DNA from: the human T2T-CHM13v2.0 reference genome, Homo sapiens
Direction: 5' to 3' (one strand)
Assembly (NCBI RefSeq): GCF_009914755.1
Contig: NC_060944.1
DNA: 64,000 bases
A model generated the notes under the pieces. The model made no database searches. It was not told where the DNA came from and saw only the letters and a list, made by a program, of their open reading frames with translations. Below are positions 55,081-64,000 of this stretch, in pieces. The translations under genes were made by a program, and so were the position numbers. How positions within the stretch are numbered: the first letter of the stretch is position 1; each line of letters begins with the position of its first letter.

Positions 55081-55735
55081 GGCCAGGCGCGGTGGCTCAC
55101 GCCTGTACTCCCAACACTTTGGGAGGCTAGGTGGGCGGATCACTTGAAGTCAGGAGTTCAAGACCAGCCTGGCCAACATGGTGAAACCCAGTCTCTACTA
55201 AAAACAGTACAAGCTGGGCACGGTGGCTCACACCTGTAATCCCAGCACTTTGGGAGGCTGAGGCGGGTGGATCACGAGGTCAGAAGATCGAGACCATCCT
55301 GGCTAACATGGTGAAACCCCGTCTCTATTAAAAAATACAAAAAAATTAGCCGGGCATGGTGGCAGGCACCTGTAGTTCCAGCTACTCGGGAGGCTGAGCA
55401 GGAGAATGGCGTGAACCCGGGAGGTGAAGCTTGCAGTGAGCTTAGATCGCACCACTGCGCTCCAGCCTGGGTGACAGAGCAAGACTCCGTCTCAAAAAAA
55501 AATAAAAATAAAAATAAAAACAGTACAAAAATTAACCAGATGTGGTAGCAAGCACCTGTAATTCCAGATACTCGGGAGACTGAGGCAGGATAATCGCTTG
55601 AACCCAGGAGGCAGTAAGCCGAGATCGCACCACTGCACTCCAGCCTGGGCGACAGACCCAGATTCTAGATTTGGTCTCAAAAAAGAAATAAATAAATATA
55701 TAAAAATAAAAATAAAAAATAAAAAAATAAAAACA
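55081..55735 (+). mobile_element. AluSz/Sx host element split by a nested AluY
   Basis: Left monomer 55081-55212, right monomer resumes at ~55529; outer TSD core CCTAACCA on both flanks. Confidence 0.9.
55212..55514 (+). mobile_element. AluY nested in the A-rich linker of an older Alu
   Basis: Y diagnostics GATCGAGACCATCCTGGCTAAC, GAATGGCGTGAACCCGGG, AGCTTGCAG; 14-bp TSD TAAAAACAGTACAA at 55199-55212 and 55515-55528. Confidence 0.93.
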
Positions 55736-56185
55736 ACCTAACCAAATGGGGTCATTTTTAAAAAATAAAAAATGAGTAGTTACATTTTTAAAAGTTGGTC
55801 GTGAGTGCCCAAGCAAATTAAATATGAAATTTTCTTAAAAATTGATGTATATACAGTTATAGAAAGAATATAAATGCTATAAATAGTTCTTTGTAAAAGA
55901 TAGAGACATAACTTTAAATAATAATTATTAAATTAGAAACACGAATAAAAATCCCATACTTACCATTAACAACTGAGAAAATGAGTAAGGCTTATATAAG
56001 GGTAGGTCAAACTATGCTACCCACCCTACCCTGCACAGGGGAAAGCCAATAAAATACTTTGTATTCTGAAGACAATTAAAAATAAGTTTTAGGAAAAATT
56101 AAATTTAGATACATACTTAAGGCAGCTAAACGTATCCAAGAGTAAAACCAAAAGCAGAATATAATAGAAAACCTAATCACCCACC

Positions 56186-56358
56186 ACAGAATCAGCAAGC
56201 TCTCTAAGGGCCAAACAGCAAATAGTTCAGGCTTTCGGGCTACATCCAGTTATTGCTGCTGCCTGTTCTTTGTTTTGTTTTGTAACCCTTTAGAAATGTA
56301 AATCCACCATTCCTAACCTGTGTGCTGTCAAAAACAGGCAGTAGGTTGCCAGCCCCTG
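56186..56358. mobile_element. MER58-like hAT-Charlie MITE
   Basis: TAAGGGCCAAACAGCAAATAGTTCAGGCTTT...AAAAACAGGCAG...TTGCCAGCCCCTG. Confidence 0.7.
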
Positions 56359-57494
56359 CAACCTACTGCCTGTAGGGAGTTAGGGAGGAAGTCAAATTTA
56401 AAAACAAGCATAAGAAATAGAAAGCATTAAGTGAGATAAAATTCAGACACAATATAGTTATCATATTAGTATAAATTGCCTCAACTTCTCTAGCAAAAGA
56501 AATTGTCTCACAGACTGAGTCAAAAATCAAGTGTATCGAAATATTTTCCATAAGATGTGATCTTAAGCAATTAGATTGCCAAGAGGTTAAATTGAAAGCA
56601 TGGGTGGATTTAATAGGAAAATGTCAATAGAAAAAAAATGCAGATGTACCAATATCCATATCAAAGTAAAATTCAAAGACAAGTCATTGAACAATACCAA
56701 AAAAGCTATTCTACATTGATAAAAGGTATAATTCACAAAGAAATATATCAACTATCATGACCTTTTCTGTAGCAGGTAGCAATGCATTGAGATATAGAAA
56801 GGAAACTGTTAGAAACCCAGAAATCAACAAAAATACAGTAATAGTTTGAGAATTTAATACAACTCTCTTTAAGTCCTGACAGATCAAAAAGGAAAAATTT
56901 AAATAAGGAAGTCATGACTAATATAATTAGTAATATTGATTTAAAGACATATATCAAACCTCTCTCCCTACATGGAATTAATTATTTTTCCTGTGCTTTG
57001 AGTATTTTTTCGGTGATGATTAAAATAACAATAAGGCCACAAAGAACCATCACCAGATAATTTTTAAATGTTTTTATGTTGTATTATCTGACCATGAGGC
57101 TAAAGTTTGAACAAAACAAGGATATTTCAGCATTCATAAATCAATTAATAGGTTTAATCCAAAGAGGAACATATTTTAAGTTAAAAATCATATATCAATA
57201 GATGCCAAACTGTATTTGATTAGAATATCCATTCTTGATTTACATTCTTAGTAAAATAGTTCAATTATTATTTTAAAGTGATTCTCTACCTACTAAATCC
57301 AAGGTTATCAACAGAAAAATTATTGTAATTTATAAACAAGTTCAGTAAGATACCCAGCATAAAAGTAAATAAGTAAACTCACTGCTTTTTCATATAACCC
57401 CACCAACAAATTTGGAAAGATAACGCCAGGGAAGAAGACATCCTATTCCATAAACACACACAAACCCAAAATGCTATAAATACTCATATATAAA

Positions 57495-57904
57495 CAGAGG
57501 TGTGATTGCAAATGTTCACAACAGGTCCTCTGGGAAAGAAAGCCCGGATTTATAGTATTTGCTGCTCTCTGTGGCTTAAATAATGCCACGATGACCTACT
57601 TCAAAAGACCAACATGTTACCACTGAAGGCAGATATACAATAAGATACTATTATACAGTGTTTCCAACTTACAGATATACAATAGACATGAATAACCTCA
57701 AGAGTGTAGATAATAAACCGTAGTAAAATAATTAGGGAGTCATGAGTTTTGAAGATAACCTTTGTTTTTACATATAGTGTATATAGTTGTAGGTTTCTAT
57801 AACTTAAGTTTAAGAATGCCTGTGTTTAACAAACACCTCATGGAAATTCTGAAAATTTAATAGCTCTTATGAGCAGGTACCAGGCTGATTCCAGCATATC
57901 ACCG
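57495..57904 (-). mobile_element. MER63-like hAT-Blackjack element
   Basis: Right end AAATTCTGAAAATTTAATAGCTCTTATGAGCAGGTACCAGGCTGATTCCAGCATATCACCG; left end CAGAGGTGTG. Confidence 0.7.
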
Positions 57905-59473
57905 TTTAAAAAAGTCCCCAATAATCTTAACCAGAAAGATTCAGTACTTGCAAAAATATTACTGAACTTAACTGAGAGCCATAAAACTTCAACAAATAGA
58001 GGCACACAAAGCTCACAGATGGAAAAACTTAACATGGCACTGATGTTGATTTTCTTTCAATTCATCTATACATTTAAGAAATCCCAAACGATACCCCCAA
58101 TTAATTTTCTTTGGGGACAGTGGAGAAGGGATCCTGAAAAAGCAATCCTAAATTTGATGCATAAAAACAAACATTCAAGGAATAGCTAGGAAAATTCTAC
58201 AACAACAGTAATATTCAATGAGCATTTAATCTTAAAGACATTACAAAGCTAGAAGGTGCAGAAAAGTGTGTCACTAAACACCGGAGAAGACAGAAGCTAT
58301 GGTCTCAGTCCAGTGGGGTAGAAAACTACCCAGATAGGTCATTCTAGTTCCACACGGTAAGAACCATGATGGAATAGCCAAGAGGAGTTGGGGGAAATGA
58401 GAAGCTTGGGAATACCAGAGAAAGGAAGTGACATCTGAATTGATTTGCCTTTTCGGGTCGTTTGAACCTTTCGTCAAATTGGCGTCCAGAAAGCTTGCAC
58501 AATTTAAAATCCCACACCAGTATATGAAACTATTTTCTAACATGCTTGCCAACACTGGGTATTATACCATTTTTATTTTATCTTGCCTAGTAGCTTACCT
58601 TAATTAGCATGCCTGATGTTTAACGAGGCTGGTAATATTTCATAAACTTATCGGTTATTTCTATGTCTATTTTTGTAGAAATCCCTCTTTCCTCTGTGTT
58701 CCCTCAGTCCCTCCTGCTCTCTTATTATAGATCTCAATACACTATGTCACACGAGCTGTCACAGCCGCTTGCCCATCCATTTCCCCCAGAGACCAAAAGT
58801 CAGAAGCAGGCCTGTGTCTGTTTGGTCGCTGCATCTGCAACAGAAGGTACCGCCCAACTTATAGTAGAAACTCTGAGAACATACACCCAGTGAACAAGAC
58901 GGTGGGTTTTAGAACATCTTCACCTGGGTGTCAAGAGCAATCACATGTGAACCACATCAAAATGGTGCTGCTTCCCCCGCAACAGAGTTCTGCCAACATT
59001 ATTAACGGCAGCTGGGCACAAACAAGGAGGAAAAACAAAAATAGAGCAAGGCTGTAGTTCATTCCATTGTACGTGATCATCAGGCAGAGAAAAGTTCGTA
59101 AAAATCAAGGAGAAATTTCTTCAGAAAATACATTTTCCTTAAGAGATTGTTTCAGTGTACCTGCGGAACTGTCAGAGAAAATTAGATTCTCCGCAAATAA
59201 CAGTCACTTGCATTTCTACTTTATTTCTAAAGAATTCCTCCACTTTAACTTCCATTTGTTGTGCTTTTACAACAACTTCTTTAAGAGAGGCATTTGGTCT
59301 GGTATTATCTACTCATCAGACTTTGGAAAGGCACCTCGGGAGGTGATATGACTCTTTAGCAGACGATGAGTTTATTCAAGTTTGCTGTGACATTTGTGCA
59401 AGAGCCCAGCCCTTCCTCTTGTAGCTACTTAAAGACACCCTGAGAACAGGAACTGCTCCATCCCTTTGGTAGC

Positions 59474-59956
59474 TGCAGTGGGTTGAGTGGTGGCCCCCAG
59501 AAGATAAGTCCATCTCCTAATCTCTTGAACGTGTGAATCTGACCTTATTTGGAAAACGGGTCTTAGCAGATGTAATTAATTTAAGGTATTTAATTTAATT
59601 ATTTAAGGTATTGAGATGAGATCATCCTGGTTTACCAAGGTGGGCCCTAAATCCAGTAACGAGTGTCCTTATAAAAAACAGAAGAGGAAAAGACACAGAC
59701 ACGTGGAAAAGAAGGCCAGACCAGGTGGAGATCAAGGCAGAGAGGGCAATGATGCGGCCACAAAGAACGCTGACAGCCACCAGAAGTTGGAAGAGACAAG
59801 GAACTGATTGTCCCCTAGAGCCTCCAAGGAAGTGCAGCCCTGCTGACACCTTGATTTCAGACTGTGGACCCCAGAACTGTGAGAGAACAAATTTGTGTTG
59901 TTTTAAGCCACCAAATGGATGGTAATTTGTTACTACAGCCCTACGAACCGAAAACA
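59474..59956 (+). mobile_element. MLT1C-like solo LTR
   Basis: GTGGGTTGAGTGGTGGCCCCCAG...TGACCTTATTTGGAAA...CCAGAACTGTGAGAGAACAAATTTGTGTTGTTTTAAGCCACC. Confidence 0.85.
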
Positions 59957-60019
59957 GTGACCAACCCCATTCACCAGCCCCCTAATACCTTTGTGGCATT
60001 TGTATTCCCCCACCCCCAC

Positions 60020-60700
60020 ATGCTGCCTCCTTCCCTCCTAGGCTGTTATTCAAACCATCGCAGCAGCCTCCTCATTGCCCTCGCTGCCTTCAGCCTCGCC
60101 CTCTCCAAGCCCACCCCCGCTACCAGATGTCAGGAAGAAATTCCAAAACTCAAACCAAAGGCTGATACGTTCTTGCCCTACACTTCACTCAATGCTGGCA
60201 ACCCAATGAGGGACATCAGGATAAAATCGAGAATGCGCGGTCTGTGCTTGTGAATTCCTACCACCTGGCCCCAGCTAGCCTCCCATCCCTTATATCTGCC
60301 AAGACAAATTCCCCCAAATCCCCTCTCCCCTGGCCAGAAGTGACCTCCACATTCAGCCCCGATTATGGAAGGCTGTCACAGGCTATTCCTTTTGCTGGGT
60401 AAGCCCTTCCCCCTTTCAAGTCTATGTTCAACTGTCATATCCTTTTTGAGGACTTCCTTTAGCTCTTCCCTCCACCTCTACTGCCACACTTAACAGAGCG
60501 GAGTTGTCTCCTCTGGCATCCCATTGTCGATAGCCCACTCCTGAGTTACAGCAACAACGGCCACCTGACTCCACTCATCTGTTGACCTGTCCATTTCTCC
60601 ATTAGCCTATGATCTCCTTTAGGGCAAGATTCATCCTTATCTGATTCATCTTTGTATCCCAGATCTTAGCCAGGCAAACAACAGGGATCCAGTGGAGAGA
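60020..60700 (+). mobile_element. L2 fragment
   Basis: CAGCCTCCTCATTG...CAGGATAAAATC...TCATCTTTGTATCCCAG. Confidence 0.6.
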
Positions 60701-61890
60701 GAGATGGATAGGTGGGTAGGTGAAGACACAGATGTACGGTTGAACACACAAACTGGCAAAGTTCCAAATGAACTAATAAGTGGACACCTCACTGAGAGAC
60801 TTAAATGCAGAAGGGTGCCAGGACATAAGAGGAACGGCTGCGAGTTATGAAAATGGGCTCCATGGGGCAAATCAAAAGTCCACTGAAGGCAAATGCATCA
60901 TAACAAGACTGGCATTTCCTGGAGTTTCCGGGCTGATCAATCACTTTCATATGCATCATTCATTTACTCCTCACAATGACCTGGTGAGGTAATGAGTTAC
61001 TATTAGCTCAATGCACAAGGAAGCTGAGGCTTGTGGACATCAGCTGAAGTCTCACAGCCAGCGAATGGCAGGCCAGGGCACCAGGGCCTAGGTCTGCCTG
61101 CCTCTTCCATCCACCTTCTGTCATCACAAGCCTTCTGATCTCCAGCCCTCTGATCTGCCCCAGTGGGACCCTCCTGCGTCTCTGCTCTAGTTGTAGAGGA
61201 CCCATCAGGCACTTAGAGAGAAATGAGTGGTGTTGTGAACATTCGACTGTGTCCATGTGGAATCCACACACACAGTTTGCCTGAAAATGACTGATAGGAT
61301 GGAAACTGACAAGTCATCATCCGCTTCGGGCACCAGCGATGACTGGTTAACATGAATATTGTGTTGATTTCCGCTAGATAGAAGAAGATGTCACTTGTCG
61401 TTAATGGGGTGTCACACGTACACTTGCCTAAAGGAAAATGCTCTTTTGGTGATTGTTCTCAATTTTCACCTCATTTTATAGCCATAAAAAAGAAAAGATT
61501 CAGCAGAAAGGATGAATCCACCTAGGGGTAGGATGGAAAGGCATTCTTCTCATTTATTTCCTTCTTTCTTTACCAGAACAACCAAAACCCAGTGAAAATG
61601 CTGGTGCAAGTCAGAAGAGGGGGACCTGGGTTCTAAGAGCAGCCAGGTACTCTGGGCTTCAGATCAGAGCCTCAGAATCCAGCAGTTATGCCCACAAGGT
61701 AGCCAAAGTCCAGCCAGTACCACCGGTCTCTCGGCCAGCTATACTTGCCTCTGCTCAACAATGATGATTTGAACGTACATGTACAAATAATAACAGATAA
61801 CATTACTGAGCACTTTACTATGAACTATGGAATGTGCTAGGTAAAGACGTTACTCCACGTAAGCCATAAAATCAACCTATGGGGCAGGTG

Positions 61891-62233
61891 CAGATCCACA
61901 AACCCTGATTTAAGAATTCTGAATCCTCAAAAGCTTTGAAAACCAAAACATTTTTTCGTAAGTTTGGTACAGACTTATTTGGTGCTAAGATTTGAGTTAA
62001 AGTGATATACATTGACTAATAGTTTTTTCTATCTCCTTCTTACTATTAATATTCATACTTTTTGCTACAAAAATATCAACATGCTTGATTTAAGGGTGCT
62101 ACCACAGCCTCTGCTGAGGGATGTTATTAATAAATATGGTACATTTACTATATTGCTTTCCTTTAAAAGTTAAATAAATCTAAATCCGAGCACATTTGGC
62201 CCCAAGGACTGCAGACAAGAAATTGAGAACCTG
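61891..62233 (-). mobile_element. MER46C/Tigger-like element inserted into a MIR (~61790-62380, - strand)
   Basis: CAGATCCACAA...AAAAGCTTTGAAAACCAAAA...CACATTTGGCCCCAAGG...GAACCTG; MIR sequence resumes on both sides. Confidence 0.65.
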
Positions 62234-62724
62234 TTAAACCCATTATATGGATGAGGAAACAGGCTCAGAAAAGGTAGGAAACTTTCCTGAGGTTACAGAG
62301 CTCAAAAGCAGCAGATGAAGGTTTACATCTAGGCAGCCTTGCTCCAGAGCTGGCCCGGTTAATCAGTGGGCTTTGCTACCTTTGACAAATGCCCCTGCTA
62401 GCTGGTCTCAGCCCCATCCTCCCAGCGCAGCAGTTCAGTCCCTGTTTGTTCTTGAGCAAGAAGTAAGCATGTGCCTTCTTAGTCGAGGTACAAGGCAATC
62501 CCCAGGGTATCCGGATCATAATTACAATGCTTTATTAATATAAATCTCAGGATATAGACCTGTGTTTCAAATCAAGAGTCAAACACAACAATAACATCAG
62601 TCTTAGGTAACTACCAGTCAAGGATTCGGATCCAGACTTGCGCTTTTACAATGAGAAGCAAACAAAGACGACTATTAATTGGCTGATGGTCAGCCAGTAT
62701 CAAATTATCACATTTTCTCACACT

Positions 62725-62930
62725 ACAGTGGTTATACAGACCCTGGAGCTAGACAGGTTGTGCTGAAATCCTGGGTCAGCCACTTAATAGTTATGCGACC
62801 TTGACAAGTTGCATAACCTCTCTGTGCCTCAGTTCCCTTATATAGAACATGGGGGTAATGCTAGCACCCCCCTCACCAGTCGTCATGAGGATTAAATGAG
62901 ATTGTATTTAAAGCATTTGGAATATAGCAA
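62725..62930 (+). mobile_element. MIR
   Basis: CCTGGAGCTAGAC...GCCACTTA...AACCTCTCTGTGCCTCAGTT...GAGGATTAAATGAG. Confidence 0.8.
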
Positions 62931-63704
62931 GTCCAATCTTAGCCTCTGCTCCCAGACAGACAGATGATTAGGATGGATAAATAGATGCTTTGCTTCACAT
63001 TTTAACTTCTCTGAAATTGGGGCTCTTCTTACCATTGATGTGTACTTATAATGTTTATATTGTTATTCTCAGAAAGCTGCAGCTTAACTAATGGTGCTTC
63101 TTTTTCTTTATTGCATCTTAGATACGTGGTAATATGGTAAAATACTTTGGAGGAACTGGATGTATTTTTCCTCTGGTCTCCAGAGAAGAAACTGAGACGA
63201 CAGCAAGTCACAGATTCAAGCTGTGTTCATAATGTGTTTCCACGTGGAGGTCACACTTTCATGTTCATGGGCAGATGAATTCTAACACCAAACACCAGGC
63301 TGAATAGGTGTTCCCATTGCAAGAGAAGTGCTGTGCACAATTTTTATTTGCATTTCAAAACCCTAACAAATGGCCACAATCAACTACTACAAATTTCTCC
63401 TAATTAGTTTTAGTCTGCACTTCTGTCACCTTTAGGAGAGAGCCAAAGATTTTAACCTTCAAAATTATCAGCAATGCATGTCAGAAAGCATTTCAAAGAA
63501 GAGTCAAAGTGCATGTAGAAACTAATTGCTGTATCTGAAAGTGCTGTTTGAAGAATTTTTCAGTCTTCAGAGAAGCAAGTTCCCCACCCCTTGGGAAAAC
63601 TAGTCTTCAAACTAAAAGTTTCCCCAAATCATATACCTGAGAAAAATGTTAAAACAGACTTACCCAAAAAGGCAAAGAAATAAAACTGTAAGAATAAATA
63701 AATC

Positions 63705-64000
63705 AGAAATCAGATGTCTCTCCCCTGTTTAAAATCCTCCAACAGCTTCCTACTTTACTTGGAATAAAACGCAATTCCTTTACCATCACCTTCCAGGCCT
63801 CATGTGGTCTGTCCCCCACCCATTTCTTCCATTTTTTTTTCATTCTGTGTTCCCCTTCACAAACTGCTCCAAACATACCAGTCTTTGTTGTTGTTTGCTT
63901 CAAACACATCAAGTATATTCTCGCTTCAACTACTTTGCTCTTGGTATTCCTCCTTCCTAGAAAGATTCCCTAAATATTCCCCAACTCCCCTACCCACGGA
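63705..64000 (+). mobile_element. L2 fragment running off the window end
   Basis: AAATCAGAT...CCCCTGTTTAAAATCCTCCAACAGCTTCC...GAATAAAA. Confidence 0.7.

Larger units (their letters stand above)
54450..58250 (+). mobile_element. Highly degraded L1M fragments hosting Alu, MER58 and MER63 insertions
   Basis: A-rich; relics such as ACATTGATAAAAGGTATAATTCACAAAGAA, TCAATAGATGCCAAA, AATTTGATGCATAAAAACAAA; boundaries approximate. Confidence 0.55.

Noticed and set aside
59571-59612. Short ATTTAAGGTATT duplication in MLT1C
   Set aside because: Ordinary small slippage event in AT-rich sequence

Overview
Primate, human-like non-coding genomic DNA, either a large intron or intergenic sequence. Much of the window is interspersed repeat. 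I recognise 13 Alu elements (J, S and Y classes), a 5'-truncated L1PA3/4 carrying a disabled ORF2 remnant, and many old L1M, L2 and MIR fragments. There are also about 11 solo LTRs (THE1C, MSTB, MLT1 series, MER67-like), several DNA-transposon fossils (MER69/Arthur1, MER5, MER20, MER81, MER94, MER58, MER63, MER46C) and low-complexity purine and (GGAT)n tracts. I found no convincing host protein-coding exon, CpG island, RNA gene or CRISPR array. The supplied ORFs are L1/Alu/LTR-derived, low-complexity or chance ORFs. Subfamily names come from recalled consensus similarity, not from a search, and the boundaries of old repeats are approximate. The best leads are: a homeodomain/posterior-HOX motif-dense unique block at about 49.3-50.25 kb (candidate developmental enhancer) next to + strand G-rich tracts; a tail-to-tail Alu pair about 55 bp apart; an AluY nested in another Alu; an intact DUX4 site in a THE1C LTR; and a possible 15-nt microexon at 63122-63136. 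I see no evidence for a genuinely new biological system.
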